Shown here piece by piece: positions 18,657 through 28,674 of a stretch of DNA of 64,000 nt. The translations under genes and the position numbers were made by a program. The DNA is taken from assembly GCA_965276975.1 (NCBI GenBank), contig CBDIBR010000009.1, positions 53,938 through 117,937 of the forward strand. Direction: 5' to 3'. The stretch is from Rhodopila sp. Lineage in GTDB: Bacteria; Pseudomonadota; Alphaproteobacteria; Acetobacterales; Acetobacteraceae. Under the pieces are notes generated by a model that was not told where the DNA came from, made no database searches, and saw only the letters and a list, made by a program, of their open reading frames with translations. How positions within the stretch are numbered: the stretch's first letter is position 1; every line of letters starts with the position of its first letter.

Positions 18657-21005
18657 ATCTTGCTTGCCTGATCGGTCATCCGCTCGAATGGCCGCCCACA
18701 CCCGCGCCGGGGTAGCGGGCATGTCGAAGTGCCTTATACCCGTTGCCGCAAGGGCATTATTGATGGCGTTCATCGCCGCACCCAGCGCGCCAACCGTGCC
18801 GGCCTCACCGACCCCTTTGGCGCCCAGCGGGTTCACCGCGGTCGGCACTTCCCGGGTGGTCAGGCGAAAGTCGGGATACTCGGCGGCCCGCGGCATCTGA
18901 TAGTCCATGAACGACGCGGTCAGCATTTGCCCTGACTCGGGGTCGTGAATGATTGCCTCGCCGAGTGCCTGACCGATGCCCTGGACCACGCCACCGTGGA
19001 TCTGGCCCGCCACGATCATCGGGTTCAGCACCCGCCCAAGTTCTTCAACAGCGCTGTAGCGAACGATCTCGGTCACACCTGTTTCCGGATCGATCTCGAC
19101 CTCGCAGATGTGCGTCCCGTTGGGAAAGGTGACCGCGGTCGGGGTGAATTCACCGGACTCCACCAGTTCGCCGGCTTCGCCGGGGAGAACATGCGCCGGG
19201 TCATGAGCGGCCTTGGCCACATCGGCGAGCGTGACCGAACGGTCGGTGCCGGCGATGGCGAAGTGACCGCGGGTGAATTCCACGTCCACGACCGCGGCTT
19301 CCAGCAACTCGGACGCGATCCGGCGGGCTTTCTCGATCACCTTGTCGACCGCCAGCGTCACCGCCGACCCGCCGATGCACAACGCACCCGAACCGCCGTT
19401 GCCCTTGCCGCTGGGCAGAAGGTCGGTGTCGCCGCCTTCCCAACGCACGCGCTCCTGGTCGACCTCGAACCGATCGGCCACGAGCTGGGTAAACGTCGTC
19501 TCCAGCCCCTGCCCGACCGACATCGAGCCAGAGCGCAGGATCAGGCTGCCGTCCTCCGCGAGGCGCAGCGTGGCGTAGTCTTTCGCCGGACGCAGGAACG
19601 GGCCACCCGCGACCTCGATGCAATTGCACAGGCCGATGCCGCGCAGTCTGCCGTTTTCCGCGGCCTGCGCGCGGCGTTGCTCAAAGGTGTCGAAGTCGGC
19701 CAGCGCCGCCGCCTCGCGCATGTTGCCCTCGAACTCGCCGCAGTCGTAGGTGAAGGTCAACGCGGTCTTGTAGGGCATCGCCTCGGGGGGGATCAGGTTG
19801 CGGCGCCGGAGTTCGTATGGGTTGATGCCGATTTCGCGGGCCGCGACATCGATCAGGCGTTCAATCGCATAAGTGGCTTCGGGTCGGCCGGCGCCGCGAT
19901 ACGCCGCTGTCGGCACCGTGTGGGTCAGTACGCCACAGACCTGGGCGGAAATCAGAGGGATCATGTAGACGCCAGCGATGCCGCCGATGTTGCCAACGCC
20001 CCAGCCGGAGCGGCCGGACACGTAGGCACCGAGATTGACGTCCCATCGCAGCTTGAGCGCGGTGAACCTGCCTTGCGGATCCAGCCCCAGAGAGGCGGTG
20101 ACCCGCATCTCCCGCGCCTGTTCGTCCGTGAGAAAGCCTTCAGTTCGATCCGAGATCCATCGCACCGGCCGGTCGAGGCGACGTGAGGCCCAGGCAACGA
20201 GCACCGATTCCAGGTGGACGCCCGATTTCATTCCGAACGATCCGCCGACATCGCCCGGCAGCACGCGGATCTCATCCGGCGCGATCCGAAAGTTGCCGCT
20301 GGCGATCCCGTTGCGAAGTGCGAACGGTGACTGGTGCGATGCATGCAACTCGATCCGTCCGTCGGCGGCTATGCATGCCCAAGCCCCGCGCGGCTCCAGC
20401 GAATTGGCGGTGACGCGAGAGACAGAAAAATCCAGCGTCGTCACATGCGCCGATCCGGCAAGCGCCTTCGCGGTGCCGTCCGCGTCACCGCGTTTCCACA
20501 GGAAGCCAATGTTGTCCGGCACATCGTCCCACACCCTGGGCGCGCCGGGCTGCACCGCCCCGATGGGTTCAGTCACCACCGGCAGGCCCTCATATTCGAC
20601 AACGACGGCTTCGGCCGCTTCCAGGCCGGCGCCTCTTGAGTTGGCAACCACCAGGGCGACGGGTTCACCAACGAAACGCACACGATCGGTGGCCAGCAGG
20701 TCGCGGTCGGTCTTGGGCGCGGAACCGCCATCCGGACGTGGAAAGCCGATGCCGCCCGGAATGGGAGCGACATCGGTCAGGTCGCTGCCGGTGTAGACGG
20801 CGATAACCCCGGCAACGGCCAGAGCGGGCGCGGCGTCGATATGGGCGATCCGCGCGTGGGCGTAGGGCGAGCGAACGAAGATCGCCACCGCCATGCCGTC
20901 CGGCGCGGCATCGGCGGCGTAGTTACCCTGCCCGGTGAGTAGCCGAAGGTCCTCGCGCCGCCTGATCGATTTTGCCTGAATCGATTTTGCCTGGATGGTT
21001 GCCAC
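18624..21005 (-). CDS. Xanthine dehydrogenase family molybdopterin-binding large subunit (CoxL/CutL-like)
   Basis: RREDLRLLTG, VGGSFGMK, AYRGAGRPEA, QIHGGVVQGIGQAL, GAKGVGEAG and HFDMPATP. Confidence 0.92.
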   Translation of the reverse strand: MATIQAKSIQAKSIRRREDLRLLTGQGNYAADAAPDGMAVAIFVRSPYAHARIAHIDAAPALAVAGVIAVYTGSDLTDVAPIPGGIGFPRPDGGSAPKTDRDLLATDRVRFVGEPVALVVANSRGAGLEAAEAVVVEYEGLPVVTEPIGAVQPGAPRVWDDVPDNIGFLWKRGDADGTAKALAGSAHVTTLDFSVSRVTANSLEPRGAWACIAADGRIELHASHQSPFALRNGIASGNFRIAPDEIRVLPGDVGGSFGMKSGVHLESVLVAWASRRLDRPVRWISDRTEGFLTDEQAREMRVTASLGLDPQGRFTALKLRWDVNLGAYVSGRSGWGVGNIGGIAGVYMIPLISAQVCGVLTHTVPTAAYRGAGRPEATYAIERLIDVAAREIGINPYELRRRNLIPPEAMPYKTALTFTYDCGEFEGNMREAAALADFDTFEQRRAQAAENGRLRGIGLCNCIEVAGGPFLRPAKDYATLRLAEDGSLILRSGSMSVGQGLETTFTQLVADRFEVDQERVRWEGGDTDLLPSGKGNGGSGALCIGGSAVTLAVDKVIEKARRIASELLEAAVVDVEFTRGHFAIAGTDRSVTLADVAKAAHDPAHVLPGEAGELVESGEFTPTAVTFPNGTHICEVEIDPETGVTEIVRYSAVEELGRVLNPMIVAGQIHGGVVQGIGQALGEAIIHDPESGQMLTASFMDYQMPRAAEYPDFRLTTREVPTAVNPLGAKGVGEAGTVGALGAAMNAINNALAATGIRHFDMPATPARVWAAIRADDRSGKQDWGSAPSPAKG

Positions 21006-21235
21006 GACATGTCTCCCCGGTGTGAGCGGCGATCATAGCGATTGCGCCAGGAAGCGCGATCCTGGGGTGGCGGACCGGGGTTTCGCGGTCAGCGGCTGAA
21101 GGCGATGAGGGTGCGACGGGAAGCTGCTTCCTGACCCAGGCGGCCTGCGCGAAAAGGCCGGTCGCTAATCCGTTCAACGTCGCTGAAGTAACGATGTAAG
21201 CCGAAAAGCGCGGCCATTGTCCCGGTTGCCCGTTA

Positions 21236-21445
21236 TCAAGGTTGCCCGGTTACGAGGATGTCGCAATCGGCGCGTCCAGACATCAGGCAGTTCTCGATCG
21301 TGGCAGCCTTGTGCAATTGTTGGACAAGGAACAGACCGCTGACCAGCAACAGGAGGATTATGACGATAGCGAGCAGACTTGTGGTTTGACGTTGGGCTGC
21401 CGTTTCGTCTGGCTCTTGACCCAGCCACTGGTGACGCCTTTGCAC
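21236..21445 (-). CDS. Small single-TM protein with a C-terminal Cys pair
   Basis: 69 aa with a hydrophobic LLAIVIILLLLVSGLFLV segment and an ENCLMSGRADC tail. Confidence 0.65.
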   Translation of the reverse strand: MQRRHQWLGQEPDETAAQRQTTSLLAIVIILLLLVSGLFLVQQLHKAATIENCLMSGRADCDILVTGQP

Positions 21446-21585
21446 CGAAGCCCCCTTGGGAACGGGCCGAGATTAGCGCATAGATGAGCCGGATGAAAGC
21501 ATTACAAAAGCTGGGCACCCGCCGCCTGTTCGGGCCGCCTGTTCGGGTAGGCATGCACGCCTGGTGGTGGAGCGGGACCTGAAGC

Positions 21586-22215
21586 GTGGAAGGTGTGCGG
21601 CACCTCAGCAGGGACTTGCGGTTCGCCGGGCTTATCAAGCGAGTCGGTGCGCCTCGGTTGGGCATTCAGCGACAACGCAGTCCATACGAGGCGCTGATCC
21701 GTGCGATCGCCCATCAGCAGCTGCATGGTCGGGCCGCCGAGGCGATCCTCGCGCGCTTTGACCGGCTGTTTCCCAATGACGGGTTCCCCGCACCGGAGGC
21801 GGTCATGGCGACCGCCGAAAGTGCTCTGCGCGGCTGCGGTTTCTCGGCTGGCAAGATCGCGGCGATCCGCGACATCTGCGCCAAGGCGCTGGATGGAACG
21901 GTCCCCACCCGCCGCCAATCGCATCGCCTGAGCGATGAGGCGCTGATCGAACGGCTGACGACCATCCGAGGCGTCGGCCGCTGGACCGTCGAGATGCTGC
22001 TGATCTTCACCCTGGGGCGGCCGGATGTGCTGCCGGTCGACGATTACGGTGTGCGCGAGGGGTACCGCGTGCTGCACGGACTGGACGCCCAGCCAAAACC
22101 GAAAGCGCTTGCCGAGATCGGCATCCCCTGGGCACCGCATCGGTCGCTGGCGACCTGGTACCTCTATCGCGCGGCCGAAGAGGCCAGGCGCCCGGGACCA
22201 ACCAGTCGGGCCTGA
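21586..22215 (+). CDS. DNA-3-methyladenine glycosylase II (AlkA family)
   Basis: AIAHQQL, LTTIRGVGRWTVEM, DVLPVDDYGVR and WAPHRS. Confidence 0.9.
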   Translation: MEGVRHLSRDLRFAGLIKRVGAPRLGIQRQRSPYEALIRAIAHQQLHGRAAEAILARFDRLFPNDGFPAPEAVMATAESALRGCGFSAGKIAAIRDICAKALDGTVPTRRQSHRLSDEALIERLTTIRGVGRWTVEMLLIFTLGRPDVLPVDDYGVREGYRVLHGLDAQPKPKALAEIGIPWAPHRSLATWYLYRAAEEARRPGPTSRA

Positions 22216-22290
22216 GTTCTTGTTCGACGAAATCGCCGCTGTTACGAACCGCCGCGGCAGATCGGCATGACGACAGACGGGCCGGCGGTT

Positions 22291-24852
22291 TCAGCCTTGC
22301 GCGCCTTCGTGCAGGGCCGGAAGCGACACGGGTGAGAATCCGACGGCGTCGACGAAGCCCAGCTGCGCGGAGGCAATGCGCGGCACCTGCTTCCAGGCCA
22401 ACAAATAGTCGCTCACGAATAGCTCGCGGTCCTCGACAGCGACCCGCCACCAAGCTTGACGCCCGCTAACCATGCGGCCGTGCAGGTAGATGAACCGATA
22501 GGACGCAACCGCCTGCGCGGCATCGAGTGCCGCTTGCAAACGGGCCAGCGTGCCGATGTATGGATCGTCGCGGACGATGTTGAACGGATGAAACGACACC
22601 TGAAGGAACGGCTGACGCTGGGCCAGCAGCGATGCGATCGCCGGGAGCACTTCATACTCCGCGCCTTCGATGTCGATCTTCAGCAAGGTGGTCGCATCCA
22701 GCTCCAATTCCTCCAGCAGCGCAGCCGCCGCGCGCACTGGCACATCGGCTTCCTTCTGCCCCTGCAGAACAGCGCTCCGCTCGACCGAGCGGAAGAGACT
22801 GCTGCCGGAATCGGCGTACGCCTTGCGGAACAGCGCCGCTGTCCCGTCGGCCCTGCCAATGGCGCAACAATGCACCCGGATCCGATCCGCGAGTTCGGGA
22901 TTGAGAGCGATGTTCGCGCGCAGCAGGCCCTGATGGGTGGGGCTTGCCTCGACCGCGTGAACCTCGTGGACATGCAGCGCCGCGTACAGGCTCATCATGC
23001 CTACATAAGCGCCGACATCGATCACCCGGGTGCAGCGTGGCAGCACCGCGTCGAAAAAGCCGAGGGTGGCGGCTTCCGCGTCACCGAGAAAGGCGTCCGC
23101 GCCGTCACGACAAAACGGCTGGTCGGCGACGCGAAAATGTCGGCCGCCGCGGCTGATGACGCGTGTGGCGGCACCGGCGGAGACGGGCGCGGCGCCAATG
23201 GGACCGGCGGCAACGGACACGGCGACCGGGATCGCTTCGGGCAAGCTGGGTGGTGCCGCGACCAACCCATGGCGAGCCCCATGGCGGCCATAGATGTGGA
23301 AGTCGGCAAACGAGGTGTCCGAGGGTCGTGCGGGGTCGTACGGATAGGGATTGGTGACGTGCATCACGCGCTCCCACTCGGGTGCGTGACGGCGAACCCA
23401 GGCCGAGACGGCGCGGTGTCGTACGTGGCTGTCGCGCGTCACCTCGTCGCGGTCGCTGGCGTAGATCGCGACCAGACGGCTGGCGTGGGCAAACAGCGTG
23501 GTCATGTACTCATGGAAGACGTCGTCCTCCACTAAATGGAAGATAACGTCGAGTGAGAGGACAAGGTCGGCCATTCCGGGATCGTCGGTCCCCGCCAACA
23601 AGAAGCGCTTGCTCGCGTCGGGTGCGAACAAGTCGCGACACTGGTCCACGGCGGCGGGCGAAACGTCGACGCCGACATAGGCGGGGTAGTCTGCCAAGCC
23701 GAGCTGGCGGCCATCGCCGCAGCCTAGTTCCAGCACCGAGCCGACCGCGTTCTCGGCGACGATACGGTTGATCGTGGCTGCCTTGAAGGCGGCGAGCCGG
23801 CCCTGGGAACCGGCGCCTGAATCGCCGCCTCGGAGGTAACGCTGATCCCAGTAGGCGGCTGAACCGGCGAGCCGGGTGGCGCCCTTCGTGGTGGCCGGCG
23901 CGGCCAGGATGTCGAGCACAGCGGCGACCTGGCGGGTGAGCGAGACCTGTTCGGCGACCAGATCACGCCACCGGTTCGGCACGGCTGCGCGGATCAGCCG
24001 CAGCGCATCCTCGATCGCCACGAACCGGATGGCGTCGGGCCAAAATTCCGCCGCGCCGACGTGGTCGAGCACGGCGAGATCGCAGCCGGCCGCCGCGGCT
24101 TCGGCGATGGCGTAGCCGAAGCTCTCATGCAGGCTGGTCGAGAGTAGAATGCCATTGTGTGAGTGCCAGGTCGGCATCTGGTCAGCCGGAACCCGACCAT
24201 CCGCCACGATAGCCTTGGTCACGCCCAGTCGCGCGGCCTGATGGCTGAACGAATCGGAGGTCAGACGGTCTGCCGATTGACATACGATGTGCAGCCTGTA
24301 GCGCGGGTCTTCGATGATCAGGCGCTGCAGGATCTGTAGCGCCAGCGTCGGGTTCTTGCGTGCGATGAAAGAGCCGCACCAGCCGATGCGGTGCGGGTCG
24401 AAGGATCGGCGCGCCGCGTAGCGGTTCAGGTCGACGCCGTTGTGGACCACGCATAGCCGCACCAACTCGTCGATGCCGGGGCGTACTTCGCGCACACAGC
24501 GCGCCATTCCTTCGCTCACCACGATCAGAATGGTGACACGCGACCAGTCCGTGCGGGCCACATGGTCGGTCTCATAGGCCTCGATGCGATGCACACGGAC
24601 CACAACGCGGCGGCCGCCGAAATCCGTCGCGCCGATCAGGGCGGGGAAAGGCGGCCAGCAGAACTCAAACCAGACGGTATCGGCGTCCGGATGGTCGGTC
24701 CATGCCAGAGCAACAGCCAGATCGTTTCGGTTCCGCACCGGGAAGACGCGCACCTCGATCCGCGCACTATCCCGCAGGCCATGCAGGAGATCCGGGATGA
24801 AATGATCCAGACCGGGGAGTGTCATGATAGCCAGTCGGGGCAGCCTTGGCAT
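22291..24852 (-). CDS. Three-domain protein: GT4-type glycosyltransferase, class I SAM methyltransferase and FkbM-family methyltransferase
   Basis: HNGVDL and STSLHESFGYAIAEAAAAG (GT-B); YWDQRY...SGAGS and VLELGCGDG (methyltransferase); VIDVGAYVG and LLKIDIEGAE (FkbM). Confidence 0.85.
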   Translation of the reverse strand: MPRLPRLAIMTLPGLDHFIPDLLHGLRDSARIEVRVFPVRNRNDLAVALAWTDHPDADTVWFEFCWPPFPALIGATDFGGRRVVVRVHRIEAYETDHVARTDWSRVTILIVVSEGMARCVREVRPGIDELVRLCVVHNGVDLNRYAARRSFDPHRIGWCGSFIARKNPTLALQILQRLIIEDPRYRLHIVCQSADRLTSDSFSHQAARLGVTKAIVADGRVPADQMPTWHSHNGILLSTSLHESFGYAIAEAAAAGCDLAVLDHVGAAEFWPDAIRFVAIEDALRLIRAAVPNRWRDLVAEQVSLTRQVAAVLDILAAPATTKGATRLAGSAAYWDQRYLRGGDSGAGSQGRLAAFKAATINRIVAENAVGSVLELGCGDGRQLGLADYPAYVGVDVSPAAVDQCRDLFAPDASKRFLLAGTDDPGMADLVLSLDVIFHLVEDDVFHEYMTTLFAHASRLVAIYASDRDEVTRDSHVRHRAVSAWVRRHAPEWERVMHVTNPYPYDPARPSDTSFADFHIYGRHGARHGLVAAPPSLPEAIPVAVSVAAGPIGAAPVSAGAATRVISRGGRHFRVADQPFCRDGADAFLGDAEAATLGFFDAVLPRCTRVIDVGAYVGMMSLYAALHVHEVHAVEASPTHQGLLRANIALNPELADRIRVHCCAIGRADGTAALFRKAYADSGSSLFRSVERSAVLQGQKEADVPVRAAAALLEELELDATTLLKIDIEGAEYEVLPAIASLLAQRQPFLQVSFHPFNIVRDDPYIGTLARLQAALDAAQAVASYRFIYLHGRMVSGRQAWWRVAVEDRELFVSDYLLAWKQVPRIASAQLGFVDAVGFSPVSLPALHEGAQG

Positions 24853-24896
24853 TTTTTGCGCAATCCCTGTCGCTTGATCAAGGATGACCGCGCCGG

Positions 24897-24912
24897 GTTA
24901 ATCGGCGGTTAA
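24897..24912 (-). promoter_or_regulatory. CtrA-binding consensus site
   Basis: The minus strand reads TTAA-CCGCCGA-TTAAC, an exact TTAA-N7-TTAAC match about 45 bp upstream of the ATG at 24852. Confidence 0.7.
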
Positions 24913-25087
24913 TCGACAGGCCGCGGACCATGGTGGGGGAAGGCTGACGTGGGGGCAGACTGGCGTGGGGAAAGACGCAACTGCCATGGCGATCAACGAG
25001 GTGAGGTGAAAAGACGGCCCTCGGACCCTGCGTCAGCCTGCCGGCTGGGCGGAAAGCCGATCAGCGCTGGTTTATCCGGCGCGACGC

Positions 25088-27208
25088 CTATCGCACCAAG
25101 GCGGCGGCGATGCGTTCTCGGGTCAACGGCATGTCGCGGATCCGTGCGCCCAGCGCGTGGGCGACCGCGTTGCCGATGGCGGCGGCGGTGGGGCCGAAGG
25201 TGCACTCGCCCATGCCCAGGGTCGGAAGGTCCGGGTTGTCGACGATCACCACGTCGATCTCCGGCACCTCGGAGAAGCGCAGGATGGGGTATCGGGTCCA
25301 GTCCACCGAGGTGATGCCATCGCCGTCCAGCGTGACCTGTTCCTTCAATGTCATGCTGGCGGCGTGGACGATGCCGCCTTCGAGCTGGTTGCGTGCGCCG
25401 TCGGGGTTGATCACCAGGCCGGCGTCTGCGGCGCACCAGACGCGGCGCAGGGTAATATCCTGGTCGACGTCGAGTTCCACCGCGACGCAGGCATAGGCCG
25501 CCTTGTTCTTGTAGCGGCTCCAGGCCAGGCCAAGGCCTCGGCCGGTGCCGGCGGACCCACGCGAGGCCCAGTCGCAGCGACCAGCGACGTTCTCGATCAG
25601 CAACCGAACGCGCGGGTCGGACAGCAGCGACAGCCGGTAGGCGACCGGATCGACGCCGGCGCGTTCGGCCAGCTCGTCGATGAAACATTCCAGTGCGTAG
25701 ACGTTCGGCAGGGCGCCGAGGCCGCGCAGCGACGACGTGCGCACCGGGGTTTCCAGTGCCAGGTGGTGGATCACGCGTTTGGCCGGGAAGTCGTACGGCG
25801 GGAAGGCATTGCGGGTGCCGCCGCCGCCGTTGGCCTCGGTGGGGTCGTTGGCCTTGGGCGGGGGCGGCGGGTTCGGCATGGCCTCGTGCGCCAGCATGGT
25901 GCCGCCGAACACCGGGCGCTGGACGTGCGATCCGGCCCAGACCTCGGCGGTCCAGTCGAACGGGCGGCCATCGTCGCCGAGTGCGGCCCGCAGGCGGATC
26001 ATGTGCGCCGTGCTGACCGGTTCGAAGCCGAACTCCTCCTCGCGGCGCCACTGCACGCGGATGCAATGGTCGGGGATCTGCATGGCGATGACGGCGGCAT
26101 CCAGGGCGGCATCATCGGCGCCGTTGTGGCCATAACAGCCGGCACCGTGGGCATGGCGCACCGTCACTTGCTGCGTGTTCAGACCGAGGATGCCGGCGAG
26201 GCTATTGCGCAACGGGTAGACGCCCTGAGTGTGCGACCACACCGACAGATGTCCATCGCGGAACTCCGCCAGGGCGCAGGATGGCGCCAGGGCGGCGTGG
26301 GCGACATAGGGGCGGCTGTAGGTCGCGCTGACGATCACGCCGGTTGTCGCGGGCGGGTTTGGGTCACCGATATGGCGATCATCGGCCGGTTGGTCGCGGA
26401 ACCACGCGGCCTCCTGCTGGTCGGGCCGCAGCACGCGCACGCCGGTCCACCGCGCGTGGGCCGGTGCGGCCACGGCAGCGCGCTGGACGGCGGTCTCGTC
26501 GGTGCCGACGAAAGCCACGAAGTCGCCGACGCGGACGATGCGGATCGAGTCATCGCTGGCCGCGCGGGCGGCCTTGCGGATGCCGGCTTGGTCCAGCGCC
26601 TGCAACCGAGCGCCGCGCGAGGGTTGGCGGAGTATGCGCGCATGCAGCATGTCAGGGCGGGCTATGTCATGGATGAAGGCGGCACCGGTGACCTTGGCGA
26701 TCAGGTCGCGGCGCGGCACCGGCTGGCCGACCACCTTGTAGGTGGCGGGGGACTTGGGGCGCGCCGAACCCTCGATGTCGCCGGCGAAGTCCTCGGGGCC
26801 GGCGAAGCTCCAGTAGTCGTGTTCGGTTGGGTTGCCGTCCTGCAGGATGACGCCGTCGTCCACCGACAGGTCTTCCGGCGCGCAATTCAGCCGCTGGGCG
26901 AGGCGGGCGAGCACGCGGGTGCGCAACTCGGCGCTGACCAGGCGGACGGACCGGCCGGAGACCTCGATCGATTGGCTGGAACTGGTCGATCCCTCGTCCG
27001 GGGCGTCTTCGGTGTCACCGGACAGGATGTCGATGCGCTCGATGCCGACATCGAGTTCCTCGGCGGCGATCTGTGACAGGGCGATCAGTACGCCCTGGCC
27101 GATCTCCACCTTGCCGACGGCGAGCTTCACGGTCCGGTCGGGCTGGAAGCGCAGCCATTTTTCCATGCGGCGATTGTTCAGGATGCTGAGTGGCAGTGTG
27201 TCGCTCAT
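25088..27208 (-). CDS. Molybdopterin-binding oxidoreductase subunit (isoquinoline/nicotinate dehydrogenase beta-like)
   Basis: GKVEIGQG, GAGCYGHNGADD, TSSLRGLG, GARNQLEGG and GMGECTFGPTAAAIGNA. Start ATG 27208 overlaps the upstream stop. Confidence 0.88.
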   Translation of the reverse strand: MSDTLPLSILNNRRMEKWLRFQPDRTVKLAVGKVEIGQGVLIALSQIAAEELDVGIERIDILSGDTEDAPDEGSTSSSQSIEVSGRSVRLVSAELRTRVLARLAQRLNCAPEDLSVDDGVILQDGNPTEHDYWSFAGPEDFAGDIEGSARPKSPATYKVVGQPVPRRDLIAKVTGAAFIHDIARPDMLHARILRQPSRGARLQALDQAGIRKAARAASDDSIRIVRVGDFVAFVGTDETAVQRAAVAAPAHARWTGVRVLRPDQQEAAWFRDQPADDRHIGDPNPPATTGVIVSATYSRPYVAHAALAPSCALAEFRDGHLSVWSHTQGVYPLRNSLAGILGLNTQQVTVRHAHGAGCYGHNGADDAALDAAVIAMQIPDHCIRVQWRREEEFGFEPVSTAHMIRLRAALGDDGRPFDWTAEVWAGSHVQRPVFGGTMLAHEAMPNPPPPPKANDPTEANGGGGTRNAFPPYDFPAKRVIHHLALETPVRTSSLRGLGALPNVYALECFIDELAERAGVDPVAYRLSLLSDPRVRLLIENVAGRCDWASRGSAGTGRGLGLAWSRYKNKAAYACVAVELDVDQDITLRRVWCAADAGLVINPDGARNQLEGGIVHAASMTLKEQVTLDGDGITSVDWTRYPILRFSEVPEIDVVIVDNPDLPTLGMGECTFGPTAAAIGNAVAHALGARIRDMPLTRERIAAALVR

Positions 27209-27678
27209 GTCGGGGCTCCGGCCGTTTCCTGGGCGGCTTGCTGAACCGCGGCGATGATCCGCATGTGGGTGCCGCAGCGACAAAGATGGCGGTCCAGCGC
27301 GGTCACGATGTCGGCTCGGGAAGGTGCGGGGTTGCGATCCAGCAGGGCCTTGGCGCTGATGATGATGCCGGACAGGCAGTAGCCGCACTGGCCGGCCTGT
27401 TCATCCAGGAAGGCACGCTGCAGCGGATGCGGGGCGTCCGGGGTGCCTAGCCCCTCGATGGTGGTGACCGAGCGGCCGGCGACGGAGCCGATCTCGCGGG
27501 TACAGGCATAGGCGGTGTCGCCGTCAATCAGCACCATGCAGGTGCCGCACTGTTCCAGCCCGCAGCCGTAGCGGGAGCCTTTGAGGTCAAGCTGGTTGCG
27601 CAGCACGTCGAGCAGCGGCGTGGTTGCGTCCGCCGCGACGGCGACGGGCCGCCCGTTGACGGTGAGATCGATGGTCAT
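27205..27678 (-). CDS. (2Fe-2S)-binding small subunit
   Basis: GCGLEQCGTC, QCGYCLSG and LCRCGTH. Confidence 0.93.
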   Translation of the reverse strand: MTIDLTVNGRPVAVAADATTPLLDVLRNQLDLKGSRYGCGLEQCGTCMVLIDGDTAYACTREIGSVAGRSVTTIEGLGTPDAPHPLQRAFLDEQAGQCGYCLSGIIISAKALLDRNPAPSRADIVTALDRHLCRCGTHMRIIAAVQQAAQETAGAPT

Positions 27679-27701
27679 GGTCGCCCCCTGCCCTGTTCGG
27701 C

Positions 27702-28493
27702 TCAAGTCTTGAGCGTCTCCGACGTCCACGGCAATTCCCATAGCGCGGGGTTGCATAGCTTGTCGGCCAGCGCGGTGGCGATCGCGTCGAACAGCGCCTC
27801 GCCCTTTTGCGGCGTCGCGGCATCGGGGTTGCCGATCACGCCGGATGCCGAACGACTGCCGATGCTGCGCCAGCGGTAGACACCGCCGCCGGCCACATCG
27901 GCAACGTCCGGGGTCGGGTTGGATTTCGCCAGCTTGATGCGATCGAGCGCCACCAGATCGGGTCGCACCGCCATCATCATCGACGTCTCGGCCTCGCAGG
28001 CGTGCTGCAGGCCGCCCTGGGTCTCCAGTATCTTGGCGATCGCCACGGCCGCCGCGTACCAGTAGGTGAACTGCACGATCGGCACGCCCAGCCTTGGCGT
28101 CAGGTCGTCGGTGATGGTCCGCAGCGCGTTCTCGTTGCCGCCGTGCGCGTTCAGCAGCACGATCCGGCGGAAGCCGTGGCGGATGACGGATCGTACGACG
28201 CCCTCGACCAGCGCGGCGAAGGTGGCGTTGTCCAGCGTGACGGTGCCGCCGAAGCTCATGTGATGTTCGGACAGGCCGGTCCATAACACCGGCAGCACCA
28301 GCACTTTCTGCCCCTTCGCCAGCGCCTTTTCGGCGGTCCGGGCGGCGACGGTCTCGCCCAGCAGACTGTCGACCTCGACCGGCAGATGGGGGCCGTGCTG
28401 CTCGAGCGAGGCGACGGGCAGGATGACGATCGCATCCTGACGCGCCTGTTCGCGCAGTTCATCGGCCCGCAGCCTGCGCCATTCGTAGCTCAT
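27702..28493 (-). CDS. Creatininase family protein
   Basis: LEQHGPHLPVEVD, SEHHMSF, NAHGGN and HACEAETS. Start chosen from a GGGAG RBS. Confidence 0.9.
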   Translation of the reverse strand: MSYEWRRLRADELREQARQDAIVILPVASLEQHGPHLPVEVDSLLGETVAARTAEKALAKGQKVLVLPVLWTGLSEHHMSFGGTVTLDNATFAALVEGVVRSVIRHGFRRIVLLNAHGGNENALRTITDDLTPRLGVPIVQFTYWYAAAVAIAKILETQGGLQHACEAETSMMMAVRPDLVALDRIKLAKSNPTPDVADVAGGGVYRWRSIGSRSASGVIGNPDAATPQKGEALFDAIATALADKLCNPALWELPWTSETLKT

Positions 28494-28674
28494 GATGTTG
28501 TGCTCCCGCTCCATGTCGTGCGCCCGCGCCGGCGACGGCGACAGGAAGCCACGGCGGTGGTTTCGTTGGAAGAGCCGCGGGGGCGCAACCGACAACCCCG
28601 ACGCCGGCAGGCCGGCTTTCGTCTCGCCATCGAGGCAAGAACCCCAACCGGGGACAAGGTCCATGGCCGCGCCA

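Noticed and set aside
25157-27076. 639-aa plus-strand ORF and many other long antisense or overlapping ORFs in the track
   Set aside because: These are shadow frames of well-supported genes in GC-rich DNA and carry no recognisable motifs.
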